A stretch of 63,344 nucleotides of DNA, filler included, from Octopus bimaculoides (taxonomy: Eukaryota): assembly GCF_001194135.2 (NCBI RefSeq). It is 10 parts of 10 records of this genome, joined end to end, with 100 filler letters (N's around TTAATTAATTAA, not from the genome) between each part and the next. Parts side by side here need not be neighbours in the genome. Positions count along the whole stretch, not along the records: positions 1 to 14,378 come from NC_068986.1; 9 more parts are not named here. One strand, 5' to 3'. A program made the position numbers and the translations under genes. Numbering within the stretch: the first letter of the stretch is position 1; every line of letters begins with the position of its first letter. The notes beneath the pieces are model-generated. The model saw nothing but the letters and a program-made list of their open reading frames with translations. It did no database searches and was not told the origin of the DNA. Shown piece by piece: positions 1-13,140 of the stretch.

Positions 1-22
1 TATATATATATATGTATGTACG

Positions 23-86
<64 letters not shown>

Positions 87-222
87 CATACTATATATAT
101 ACATACATACATATATACATACACACACACACACATATATGTAAATAAGTATGTATGTATTTATGTGTATGTGTGTGTATATTTGTATGTATGCATGTCA
201 GTATGTATGTGTACGTATGTAA
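1..222. repeat. Compound (TA)n/(CA)n/(TATG)n microsatellite, representative of dozens of similar tracts across the window
   Basis: Direct sequence; such tracts explain the YI/HT/CV-rich pseudo-ORFs in the ORF track. Confidence 0.95.
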
Positions 223-729
223 GCTATTATGTGTTCTTGTGATATATATGAACTTGTCAATGTATTGACTCGGAACGTTTGATGTTTTGCACCGCATTCT
301 TCAGATATATTAAATGTTATGAAAGTGTGGAAGTATAATTTCCACTATTGTTAATCGATGCTTGATTATCCAATCAGCATTGATAAGATCAATGAAGGGA
401 GACGCTACATAACTGTACGGCAAGCTAAATGTAAAAACCTAATTTTCCTCAAATCACACTTTACAATTCTACAGACAAATAACATACATTGTTAAAAAAG
501 AAGGCGGGTTGTTTATGGTTGGAACACAACATTTTGACCACAGGTTTATTCAATCCACGATCGATCAAGATTTAAACTAAAACAATGACTAATTTTCTTT
601 CATGTTTCGTTTACTTGTTTCAGTCAATGAAACGTAGAACAATCCAGCAATCCTAACTCGTGAAGAAATTTAATAGTTGTAACTATATCAATCCTCTGCG
701 TTTGGGAAGTTAGATCAACATCAGAACTG

Positions 730-1325
730 AGAATAAAACTCTACATCAGACACCTCATCTTTACTCTACAACCGAATCCTTACCTCTACTTTGCATCTGA
801 GTCTGTACCCCTACTCAGATATTACTTCCACTCAACTAGAGAGAATTTACGCCACTCTACAGGCGTCACACTACCTCTGCTCTATAACGTAGACCTTACA
901 TCTATGAAGAAAAGGTATGTTACCGTCCTAATTTATATCTTTACTTCTATTCGACATCTAGAACCTTGTCTCCACTCAACAAAGAAGGCTTTATCTCTGC
1001 TCTACATCTGAGACCTACCTCCACTTAACAGATGAGACTTTACCTCTACTCTATAACTGAGACCTTAACACCGCTCCACAAGTAAGATTTTATCTCTACG
1101 ACAGTAACCTTAATTCCATCCAGCAAGCGCGACTTTACCTATGCTCTACAGGTGTCACCTTGCCCCTCTATAACTTAGACTTACTTCTAATCTACAAGCC
1201 CGACTTTACCTCTACTATACAGCTGAAACGGTTCTCTACTCTACAAGGGAGACCTTACCACTTCTTTGCATGTGAGACAGTAAACTCTACGACTGAGAGC
1301 TAAACAGCTGAGGATTTATCTCTAA
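730..1325. repeat. Degenerate ~25-bp minisatellite, consensus about GAGACTTTACCTCTACTCTACAACT
   Basis: Recurring CTTTACCTCTAC/CTCTAC cores every ~20-25 bp, e.g. gagactttacctctactctataact followed by gagaccttaacaccgctccacaagt. Confidence 0.8.
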
Positions 1326-3302
1326 GCTACGATTGTTATTTAAATAAAACATTGATATACAAATGTTAACAACAATGATGGTTTGATGTGCCATGAGGGG
1401 CAGAACTAACTCTGACAGAGATACCAAAATCTGTGTTGATCGTTGTCGTTTAGTGGTGTATATCCGGCAGAATTCTTGCGGCGGCCGACAAAACCAATTA
1501 CCTTGAACTGTCTGTCAGAGACTATGACGTAAGCAATAAACTGACATTTCTGTTTTTATTTGGGCAACTGACAGTTCATCTAATTTTCACCTCATGTCGT
1601 TGGGAAAGCTGCTTTTTCAGCCACTTCTGAACATCGCTGACACATAATAATTATATACGGCCACAGCAACTATTATCATAACGTTTTAATATTTATTATT
1701 TCCGTTGCTGATTCCGACTTACATAGTTATATACGTATTCTGAACAGGTTTATTCATCCATCCATCCATCCATCCATCCCTCCATCCATCCATCCCTCCA
1801 TCCATCCATACATACATACATACATACATACATACACACACATACACACGTACATACGTACACACATACATACCTATATACATACACACATACACACACA
1901 TACACACACATGCATACATACATACATACACACACATACACACGCACATATATACATACATACATACAGATTTACACACTAAAAAAGATACTAGGTTTTT
2001 TTTTTTCGAAGAAAGAGCTAAAGAAACAGACGCACATTCTCCACATCCAAACTATTAGCGGCACAATGCAGATTTGTATGACATTCCAAAGATTCTCCAT
2101 CTGAAATTCTTTAGGTGAATAGTTGCTCTTGGTTATGGTGAGCTTCGCAGTTCAACCAACAAACCAACTCAACCACATATTTACAAACACCGAGAATTCT
2201 CTTGACTCGAAAAGTCTTGTTGCCTTTGTTAGCGACTGGTTTGTATTCTCCTAAGAACTTACATAAAACCCTAAGAAAAACATTCATATATGTTGGCTGC
2301 AGCTCGATTTCGAGTAATGTCAATGCTTGAGTTTTCTATTAAAGTAGCATAGATGTGGTTTTTCAGTTCTGGAAGGGGCTTTAAATCTTTTTGCATAATT
2401 GTGGCAACGATGGGCACCTCTTGCAGCCTATATTATGACACATGCCTTTATACCATCAGGGAATTTGTCATTGACTGTTTTGCTTTATTCCGCTACGGCC
2501 TGCATTAATAGAGATATTAATAGTCAAATGCTGCATTGCCTCAAGTGTTTTTAAAGTGAGAGAACGCTTTGTGTTAGGGATAAGATGACCAGTAGCTATT
2601 TGGCATATAAACGTGGCGTTCAACCTGTCGCTTTCCTGAAATGTCAGTCTCACTTCCATGTGTGAGTTTTCTCGATTGGGTTTGTTGTCTAACGGGCAGT
2701 TTTGTATACTTGCAGATTGTAATAATAATATAACTCTTATACAAGTAAAACGAGTTACGAGTTATTTTTCTTCTTGCTGGAACCTAGTGGGTTATTAATC
2801 TAGTACTCAAGACCCCAAAAACAATCACGGTTACAGTTACAACACATTGCACAGGACCACTGCCACTCTCTAAACAACGTATGCATTTGTCAAACAGAAG
2901 AACTAGTCTGCATCATTGAATGCAAACGAAGTCTCGAGTGTCACATTAGAGAATTCTCCTAAGTATATATATAATTTCTAGCAAACACTAGGGGTATCTC
3001 ACTTTCAGTTGTTGGATGACCGTTGACTCTACTGAGTTCATCATCCCTTTATCTTTCATCCTGCAAGATGTTCAACGAAAATCATGATCCTTACTGAACA
3101 CCGGCAACTCACTGGTGGTCCCACCATGCAATAGGTTGTAAAGGGTTACACGTCACCAGTAGCACAAAGAATGACTTTACATACATACATATACACATAC
3201 ATACATATATTAATACATACATACATGTATACAAACACACACTTATATAAATTAATATGACAACTGTATAGAAAGAGTTAGCTCTTTTAGGTGTGGGTAT
3301 GA

Positions 3303-3438
3303 TTCCGCCGAGGTCGACCTTTCCTTTCATTCTTTCGGGGTCGATGAATTATATACCAGTGAAACACTAGGGTCGATATAATCGACTAGTCCCCATCCCA
3401 CAAATTTGAGGCCTTGTGCTTCCAGTAGAAAGAATTAT
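3303..3438 (+). mobile_element. SINE family A, 5'-truncated
   Basis: ttccgccgaggtcgac...ttcggggtcgat...aaatttgaggccttgtgc matches the other family A copies in the window. Confidence 0.8.
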
Positions 3439-3483
3439 TTGACATTTAGATAACTCTGAAATTTTTCTACTATAGAACAAGGT

Positions 3484-3623
3484 CTGGTAGTTTATTCTGT
3501 CGACTCCCGAATAGGAGAAAGGTAAAGCTGACCATGGCGGAAGTTGAACTTAAAACGTCAACTCAGAAGAAATGGCACCAGGTATTTTGACCGGCGTTCT
3601 AACAGTTCTACCAGCTCCACACC
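3484..3623 (-). mobile_element. SINE family A, diverged 5' half
   Basis: Reverse complement gives gagctggtagaactgttagaacgccgg...gttcaacttccgcc, the family A head. Confidence 0.7.
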
Positions 3624-5211
3624 ATTATAGACTCTAGAATAATAAGCGGGTGCGTCTGGGGTAAAATTTAGACATATAGGCAGTATTTTTGGAAATATTA
3701 AAATTTAAAGAAGTAAACAATGCGACGTTTCGTTGGTTAGACAAGATGCAAGAAGACTCGACTTGTTAACAGATGTTCAGTTTGGAAAAAGAAAGTACTT
3801 TTTTCTTTTTTTTTTTTTTCCAAGAAGCATTCTAATTTAAATATTTTTCTTGAAGTCATATCTCTTAACAGGGTCAAACTAAAATCAAAGTTAAAAAAAA
3901 AAGTGAATAAATAAATTTTTAAATGATGAAAACAATACAGCGAAATTCAATATCGATTGAAACTAGAAGTAATTTGCTGGCATGACAGAAAGTGAAAATT
4001 GAAAATGAAATAAAAACAAAATTAAAGTAAAAACAAANNNNNNNNNNNNNNNNNNNNNNNNNNNNNNNNNNNNNNNNNNNNNNNNNNNNNNNNNNNNNNN
4101 NNNNNNNNNNNNNNNNNNNNNNNNNNNNNNNNNNNNNNNNNNNNNNNNNNNNNNNNNNNNNNNNNNNNNNNNNNNNNNNNNNNNNNNNNNNNNNNNNNNN
4201 NNNNNNNNNNNNNNNNNNNNNNNNNNNNNNNNNNNNNNNNNNNNNNNNNNNNNNNNNNNNNNNNNNNNNNNNNNNNNNNNNNNNNNNNNNNNNNNNNNNN
4301 NNNNNNNNNNNNNNNNNNNNNNNNNNNNNNNNNNNNNNNNNNNNNNNNNNNNNNNNNNNNNNNNNNNNNNNNNNNNNNNNNNNNNNNNNNNNNNNNNNNN
4401 NNNNNNNNNNNNNNNNNNNNNNNNACCACCATCATCATTATCATCATCATCATCATCATCACCACCACCACCATTCACGATGTAGAAATGTAGTGTGAAC
4501 ATATTTATTTTTCATGGAAACGCTACACCACCAACACGTGCACGGTGTACTAATTCTGTGAGGATTGCTGCATTGATTAGAAGTTCTAGTGTTTCTTCTT
4601 TTCCTTTCTTCCATTTTCTGCTTGATTCTCTGAAAGAAAACATGCAAATTAGATTCTAAAAATCGACATAGCAGCTAGGATTGAAGAAAAGAAAGACGTA
4701 AAAGATGAAAGAAGTTCTATATTTGTGTAATGGAAATATTTTGAAAGTGGTTAAATCAAGTCAATTGAAAATGGTAATTAAAGAATACTGGTTCTGTGAC
4801 ATTTAACAATGGTAATAAAATTCTAAAGGAAAAACTAGGCTGGATAATTAATCCAGTGGGTATTATATTCTCTTGACACCAGCATTAGGTGTTAGGTCAG
4901 TGATGCGAGTCAGTGTGGAGAAGTAGTAGTTATAAGGGGCGATAGTACAGCAACAACATCTATAAATGACGCTGCGTACCAGCAACAGCAATAATTATAG
5001 CTCAGAAACAAGAACTGAGGGAGTCTGAATGTGGCCCTTCGAGGTACTAAATAAGACAGTTAAAATCTTACTCCAATTTAGCTTTCATCGTCTTAGAAAT
5101 TGGGAAACATTCGATAATGTAGCTCGGGGTAAAATTTCGCTGAAAAACAAAAACGTGATCGTCAAGTCGTTGCTGGAAACGACTTTCGTGATAAGTCCGT
5201 TGCTACCGCAG

Positions 5212-5235
5212 CTCCTCCTCCTCCTCCTCCTCCTC

Positions 5236-5280
<45 letters not shown>
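5212..5280. repeat. (CTC)n-(CTA)n trinucleotide microsatellite
   Basis: Direct sequence. Confidence 0.95.
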
Positions 5281-5439
5281 ATTCTGCACACCTGCTGTTG
5301 CTACTGACACTACTAGAATAACTTTAGCAAGAGTAAATATAAGTAATACAATAAACACAAGTGTATCTACAACAATAGCAATTATAGTTATTAAGTTGAT
5401 CAGATCAACAAGAACTCTCATCATAATCGACGGACTGCT

Positions 5440-5630
5440 ACGTGACGTGCCTCGAAGTTGTGTCTCAATGTGTCTTGATACACCTCGGAGTATCTCAGTG
5501 TCTCTTAGAGTCTTTTGGTGTGCCGCCATGTTTCTCGGTGTGTTTTCGTTTGCCTTCTTGTGTTTTGGTGCCTCTTGTGTTTTGGCTTGCCTTCATGTGT
5601 CTTGATGTGCTTCGATGTGTCTCAGTGTGA
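5440..5630. repeat. Degenerate ~10-bp tandem repeat (gtgtcttgat/gtgtctcaat-like)
   Basis: Recurring tgtgtctt/tgtgtctc/gtgcttc units. Confidence 0.65.
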
Positions 5631-6284
5631 ATTCACAGCTTGTTTTAAAACATCGAGTTCTTACAAATTATTTTACATTTCAGAATATGTTTTGCTCTCT
5701 TCCTAGTTAGTTACTGCTCCAGTTATGCTTGTGAATAACATTCCCCAGGTATTATAGAAAGTGAACGTATTTCTATGATTGCTGTGCAAATTATTATGCA
5801 CTTTTGGTTGAAGTTAGGTCATATGGTATTTGTTGTGAGCATAAATACAAGTCTGAACTGAGTCTCTTAGAGAAACAATTGATACGGAAGATACATTGTG
5901 AATGGAAGGGATTCATGATGGATGAGTAAATGTTGCGGCAAGGATCTCTTAGTAGGATCTAAAATAAACAAGGAGGATCCAACAGATTTTACTTTATTTT
6001 GTTATTGAATTTTACTAATATCTGCAGTAAGTAGTGGACCTTTCTTTGTACCATTCACAAGTGTTTTGTTAATTTATAATGCTGAGATAAAAGTGCTGCA
6101 ACATGTATCAATTATTACATAGTAGAGAAGTAGCAAGTAAGATACAAGTATTAGTTGAAGAAGTTTCTCTTTCTCTCTCTTTCTCTCCTTCTCTGTATAT
6201 ATGTGTTGTGTATGCATACACAACATACACACGTACATACACGCACGCACACATGCACACACACATATATTTGCGATATGCATT

Positions 6285-6326
<42 letters not shown>

Positions 6327-7289
6327 TATATATATTATATATACATACATACATACATACATACATACGTACGTACGTACATGGAAGCACACACACAGAA
6401 TCGTGCGCGCGCACACTGACACACAAGATGTGCTGGAAGAGTTGCAGGTTCTATTTTGAGTGAACGTTTTATAAATAACTCAAAACATTTACTGCCTTTC
6501 ACTGAACGAATCTCTGGAGTATCAATAATGGCCTCTAAAATGGTAGGAACCATCGTCCCAGATACCAAATTCCACAACTGTAGTATTGCTACTTAAGTAG
6601 AAAACTAATTAGAATTGATAATTATAGCCACAATACAATGTCAGCATTTATTGAAGAGAACATTTCTACTTTGGAAAAAAATCAAATATAAAGGCATGAC
6701 TCAATCAAACTGAATGGCGGTGATTTTGAAGCGACATCTATTCTGTTCTGCTAGAAATATAATTTAAAAAATCTCGTTTCCTACAGCCACATTATACATG
6801 TTAGTATGTTAGTAATCTTGAAGACTTGATTTCCAGCAAACAGCTTCGTATATGCAGCTGTCTGTGCTGAAGAAATTGATTTCAGAAATCACTAGTTAAT
6901 TATTTTTATTAATCCTATTGAATAAAAATACCTATTTAAAAAAAAAAAAGATTTTAAAATTACGCATTTCTCATATATAATAGGACATCTGAATAAATCC
7001 TAGTTATGTATTCGTCGTTCAACCCTCTGGATCTAATATTAGATATGAACAAATTGCTTCAATAATGCTTAACAATCAGTTTTTCAAATGGCAATTTATA
7101 TCAAATTCTAACAGAAAGCCTTTAAAATCGATTGGCAGTTTGTTAGTACAAATCAAGACAGTTCTATATTTATAAAGATACAGAACTGTTGCTATAAATC
7201 TATAGAATATATTTATAGGAAACATTTTCGTTCAATCACCATTTTGTTGTTGGCCCAACGGTATTAACTATTGCTAGATATTAAGTTGT

Positions 7290-8400
7290 ATCCTGCATTC
7301 TTAGTTATCTGCATTTAGTTGTGCCAAACAAGCAGGCTTTCTCTAGAGTCAGGAAATTCATCTCGATATCCAACATCTTCAAACAACAATTTGAAATTCT
7401 TGCAAATTTTCCCAACAACTTTGTCATTGATAACTTAACGGCAATTCCGGATACTTAGCAGTTTTTATTTTTGGTCAAGTTATTTTTCTATCTTCTCATG
7501 TTGTTTTTCTACAAGTTTTGTATCGCAAAGGTACGAAACATTGATTAAGCAGCACATTCTTTCCTCTTTGTGTACGACAATGTGTGGAAGAGAAAACCTG
7601 TTTGATTTTATATATTTCATTGTACCTTTACATGAGCATTTTCAATGATATGTTTTGCAATTATACCATTCTTCCATATGTTTAAATTCATATTTCTTTG
7701 CTAATGTATGACTGTAGCAACTTTGCTGTGTCTTCAGTTCTTATACATCTTCTGAACAAGCATTTTACATTCAGAGATTATATGTGGAACCGCCTTTCCT
7801 CTTTCACCATGTATGCTATATAATAAACTGAGTTGTCTTCCTGATATACCTTCTGATTACTTGATCATGCAGAGCTAGAATCAAGTTCTCAGTGTCTCAT
7901 TAACACTTTCTTTTTTAACGAGTGAAATGACTTTCACCGTGTAAATTTTTCTGATCGTATCACAGCTGTCTAACTCCGAGAACTTCACTTTTTCTCTTCC
8001 TTCAGTTACTGCTAATAAAAGTGCCTCTTCGCTGCCGACAAGGTATTTTCTTAACTTACTCTATTTCTACTTTCAGTCAGTCCTTTACATTTATCAATCC
8101 TCTTCCCCACTCTTTCTGTTGAAATACAATCTGTCAATATCTGCCTGTGGATGTAAGGTACTGTAGACCATCAGCAATCTCCTTGTCTTGCTAACTATGT
8201 TCTCAATGTATTCCTTTGTCCATTTGATTGTTCCGGTGCTATATCTGATGATGGATACAACTCTTGAATTTATGGCAGTAATGGTATTATATGCCATTGA
8301 GTTTTGGATTTTAGTATTCTCCTTATCCGTCGAAAATATCCTTTCCATAGTAATAGTAAACAAGTAATCAGTTTGTAGTTTGAGACTTCGGCCCTATTCT
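7290..8400 (-). mobile_element. Decayed R4/Dong-like (restriction-like endonuclease) LINE, 3' part of ORF
   Basis: Minus-strand peptides in the expected order: AINSRVVSIIRYSTGTIKWTKEYIENIVSKTRRLLMVYSTLHPQADIDRLYFNRK (RT C-terminus), LAKKYEFKHMEEWYN, LEKACLFGT (typical C-terminal LQKAxLLGT); many stops and frameshifts. Confidence 0.8.
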
Positions 8401-9029
8401 ACTTCTCTTTCATATTAGGTGTTGTTTTATCCTTAGTCATCCAATTTGGAAGACTTCCACTGTAAAGACTTTCATTTAATAATTTAGTACTTTCCTGGGT
8501 GTACAAAGGTTCTCCAACCACAAACTTGCGTTTCAGTTACGTACATTGGAAGACAGGTTTGCAATGAGCTTCGAAGAGAATTGCGAAAGATTCGGGTTCT
8601 GCAACGGCGACCTTCAACATCGGGTGAGCGTGAAAGTCAGAAGTTGTTTACATTGAATCTCTAAGGACAATGTCTTCAAAAGAAGATGAAATATTGGAAG
8701 AAATATAGTGGAAGATTTTTTAGAGGAATTCAGGGATAGGCAGAAGATGCAGATATATTTGGATTAATGGGTGGAGTCTGAAGTAAAACCATTTATTGAA
8801 AGTAATTTTTCTGGTTAATATTCAGTCCAGAAAAGTGAGTGGTGAAGAGAGTGGAATTTAGTTAGGCACTGATACATATTTGAAGAGAAGTTTAAGTAAA
8901 GAGTGTAGCTTAAGCAGTAGAAATAGAGGACTATAGATATGGGTTGAGATATTTGTTCAAGAAATTTGTTCACAGAGAGAAATAAGATGTGTGGTTTGCG
9001 TGTGGGTAAGAGTTGATATGTAGGGTGTA

Positions 9030-9312
9030 GAATAGATCAAAGCCAAGGATTGTTTGGATAGAGGAAAGAGAACAATCCAGCGGTTTTAATTTTTGGCAAC
9101 ACGAGAAGAATATAGGATGACGGTACGTTCTGAAATCACCATAACACACTCCCAAGAGTCCAGTCCCAATGTTAAATCACCATCTGATTCAAGTGTGCAG
9201 CAAAGAGGTGATTTTCAACTTACTATATTAAATTCTTGTCGTGAGAATAATTGTACACAAGTCCCAATTTTGTAGTGTCGAGAAAAGAGCAGCACCTGTG
9301 TCCACTAGAGTT
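9030..9312 (-). mobile_element. Possible relic of an LTR-retrotransposon (Gypsy-like) aspartic protease
   Basis: Same-frame LVDTGAA and ILGFDLF motifs about 80 codons apart, with intervening stops. Confidence 0.4.
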
Positions 9313-9984
9313 TGCGTAAGCTACGTTATGTTTAATCACAAATAATTATATATAATCAAAGTCATTGTGTTGGTAGTGTTTGACGTTATGTGTTTGTTCT
9401 GTGAATATTAGACGTTTCGGAGATTATTGTAAACTCTGTGGCAACAGGAAAATTAGAGTTTAGTGTTTATGTTGTTTTGTTTTTAAATGAATGAAGACTC
9501 AGCTGTGCATTGAAATTGGAACGTTTAGAACTTAGTACCTAATAATTTGGTAGACAAAAACCATACAGATGACTTTCGTGGATATAATTAATGAACCATA
9601 TTGGATTCATGATCCCATACGAAATTTTAAATAATTTAAAAAATTCTTTTTTTCTATATACATTCTTTTTGGTTTGTTATGGAGGAACGGGATATTTTAC
9701 CCATGGTACTTGCAGACCCTCTGAGATCGGGTGGATATCGAAACCGCCTTCTCTAAGTAGTCATCTATTTTATTATTGTGCCAGAGAGATATACATTTCA
9801 ATTTCATAGCGACGTACGCGATTTATTTTGAAGAATGTTGTTTTGGGATGACCCTTACAGATGAGTTAAATAACTAATGATTCCTAAGCTATGACAAAGT
9901 CTCGAAATGTAATTTCATTTAAGAAACCATGTAATAATTACAAAATATTCGTAATAAGCTTCGGAACAAATGTTCATCGACGTA

Positions 9985-10164
9985 CCGCATATGCCAGTGT
10001 ATGAGACGCGTTTTTTTTTTCATGCTACTAAATTACGGATGGGTTACCGAGTGTATGAGTGTAAAATGAAATATTATATTTGTTTTTTTCCGCGAAATAT
10101 GCTTTTTCCCACAAAAGAAGTAGGCTTTGTCTTGTGAGAGCGCGTTATATACCGTCTAACACGG
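9985..10164. mobile_element. Possible degenerate pogo/Tigger-like MITE
   Basis: TA-flanked imperfect inverted ends: ta|ccgcatatgccagtgtatgagacgcg ... gcgcgttatataccgtctaacacgg|ta. Confidence 0.35.
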
Positions 10165-10820
10165 TATATGAAAAAATTTTGATAAAAGCTCTCTATCTTT
10201 TGTTAATTACTCCTGACTCAACATTAACATTCCCAAACAACAGTAATCAATTGAATTTAAACACATTATTATTATAGCTTACCAAAAAATATTCTTATCT
10301 TTCTATTTTTCTATTAAATTCAGAAGGAAAGTTCACTTTTTTAACTAATTGACATTAAAATCTGTCATGTTCTTAAATTAATGTCGCCACCCGGTAAAGA
10401 TAGTAACATGATAATAATTTAAACGCGCGCACGCACACACATTTTCAGAGAAAGCGTTGTTTTTTTAAAATTCATTTTTGGGTAAAATTATAGTTGCAAC
10501 TATAATTTTACCCATTTTTGTGTTTCTGTTTGTAGAGTAGATTTTAAAACTTTAGAAGATTAAAGTTGTATGCATACATACAAAACCAGATTTTAAATTC
10601 ACATTTATATCAAAATAATAAATGTTGCATACATACATACATACATACATACATATGTGTATATATGTATGTATGTATGCGCGTGTGTTCGCATGTGTGT
10701 GCGTGTGTGCATGCACGTGTGTGTGTGTGTATGCGTGTGTGTGCATATATAAGAACATTTTTGCTCCTTAAACGAACACACACTACGTATGTATGTATGT
10801 ATGTATGTATGTGTGTGTGT

Positions 10821-10865
<45 letters not shown>

Positions 10866-11489
10866 CAAGAACTTTTTTGTCCTTAAACGAACACATACTA
10901 CGTGAAAAAACTGCGACTAGTAACGGAGTACGAAAATCTACTTCGAAATCTCTTAATTCAACATATTATTATGAACTTTTAAGATCTTATCAACTGATTC
11001 TCTTCCCCGCCTCTAAAAATAAAACGAAGACCTCAAGTCTAAAACAATAAACCACTATAAGCAGACGTTCCAGTTGGTGCCATTAATATATGTGAGTAGG
11101 GTATTAAGAGGGTATGGTTAGTATTGTGTCTCGTAGGAGTGGAGTTAACTAACGGGGTAATAATACAGATAACGTAATTCCTGAAAGAACACGGCTTTAG
11201 ATGGCTTTCAATGTCAGCTGACTGCAGAAAATGGCCAATGAGAAATTCTTGGTGAAGACGGCTGTAGTTTGTTGGGCACAGTCTAAAATACTCTGAATTG
11301 CCTGCCATTCGGAATAGCCAGAAACATAGGAGAAAGAACTTAAGCCATCATTCAAAACGAATGATCAAGATTCTGATGAAGGATAATGAGGCTGTGATTG
11401 CTGATGAACTTACGACGCTAGATAGACGGCCACCATACTTGACAAGGATAAGTAGTCAAGAGGTATAACTACCTGCCTTCAGTTGCAGT

Positions 11490-11630
11490 CGACAGATGAT
11501 AATGATGATGATGATGATAATGATGATGATGACGATGATGATGATGATGATGACAATGGCAGCGGCAGTGATGGCAACGATGTCAGTGATGACAACAACG
11601 GCAGTGATGACAACGACGACGTCGGCGAAG
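11490..11630. repeat. (GAT/GAC)n degenerate trinucleotide tract; a (GA)n tract follows at about 11720-11810
   Basis: Direct sequence. Confidence 0.9.
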
Positions 11631-11730
11631 ATCCTTTGTTAATGTTTGTATGACTGTTGATCACGAAAATGTCCAATGGTTGAATACAGTAGCACAGGAA
11701 GAGGAAGAGAGAGAAATAAAGAAAAGGAGG

Positions 11731-11796
<66 letters not shown>

Positions 11797-12257
11797 GAGA
11801 GAGAGAAAGACAGGCAGACAGACAAACAGATAGAGCTGTTTACTGTCTGCAGAAAGACAGCCAAACGAAACCATTCTATTTTCATCCCATTCAACGTTTA
11901 TTCTGGATTTTCCCGCGGTAAAATTGGAACACAAAAGTTCCATCCATTCATTTCGTTATTGATTTACTTATTTACCACTTTATTTATTTATTTATTTAAC
12001 TTTCTAGATACTCCCACACCCACCTAACAGATTACACCCTCACCTTCATGTTACTCAGAAATATCAATAAAACCAGCTGGGGACATCTATTTATGATACA
12101 ATTGATTTTCATTGTATATATTTCTGAATAAAAACTGTCAATGCATCTTACTGTCATCTCTCTATCAGTCTATATATCTATTTTTCCCTATCAATTTTTC
12201 AGCTTATCTATCTATTTATCTATCTGTCTGTCTATATGTCTGTCTTCTCTCTAAATG

Positions 12258-12326
<69 letters not shown>

Positions 12327-12689
12327 TTAGGTAGCTAGCTAACCAGTTAACCAGCTATCTCCCAGTTTTTCTGCCTACCTATTAATCTATCAGCTTCTCT
12401 ATAGGTCCCTCGATTTAACTAGCTATCTTTCTGTTTGTCTAACTGTACTCATTTTTGTGAGCACAGACACGCATACATACATACATACATACATACATAC
12501 ATACATACATACATACTCACAGGCACGCACGTATACTGATTTCCGTGTAAAATTTCCAATGTAGACATATGTTTCTACTCAATATCATGTCTAGGGAGGT
12601 AAACGTGTAAAAATGCTTACCCACATTCATAAATGTCTGTAAAAGCACACGTCGACTTTAAAATATCGCTGTAGGTAAACGCCACACAC

Positions 12690-12915
12690 ACAAATACATA
12701 CTCCAGTGTATAAATACCATACATGCATAAAATACACCAGTGTATCAATGCTATACATAAACATACACTAATGTATAAACATCATACATACAGACATATC
12801 CCAGTGTAGAAACGTTTTACATACATATATATGCAGAATGCATAAGGACCATACACACAGAGACTTATATCAGTGTATAAACACATTACAGATATATAAA
12901 TCACTGTATAAGCAA
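12690..12915. repeat. Degenerate ~33-bp minisatellite with CAGTGTATAAAC core
   Basis: Core variants at 12703, 12737, 12768, 12801, 12870, 12901 (spacings 34, 31, 33, 69, 31). Confidence 0.7.
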
Positions 12916-12929
12916 CAGTAAATATACAA

Positions 12930-13140
12930 AGTGAAGGCGCCTGGCTCAGATTGTGGGTTCGATTCCTAGTCCAGGTGAGCGTTGTGTTTTTGAGCAAAAC
13001 ACTTCAGTTCAAGTTACACCAATCTACTCAGTTGTCAAGAGTATCCTGCGACGGACCGGCGTCCTGTTCAGGGTGGAGGTGAATATATATATATATATAT
13101 ATATATATACCACAAGATCCGGAGAGTCTTATGAGCTCGG
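12930..13140 (+). mobile_element. SINE family C (tRNA-like head), internally deleted
   Basis: gtgaaggcgcctggctcag (A box) ... gggttcgattcc (B box) ... gttgtgtttttgagcaaaacac; body matches 28683-28910 in reverse. Confidence 0.75.

Noticed and set aside
2110-2660. Unique minus-strand stretch with Cys/His residues resembling a LINE ORF1 zinc knuckle
   Set aside because: Multiple stops and no intact CCHC spacing; a family cannot be supported.
9411-9450. cgaaacgtc on minus strand with a gag/ctc stem
   Set aside because: The upstream core reads CUGUUGC and there is no stem I complementarity.
12930-12975. tRNA genes at SINE heads
   Set aside because: A and B boxes are present but there is no complete cloverleaf; each continues into a repeated SINE body.
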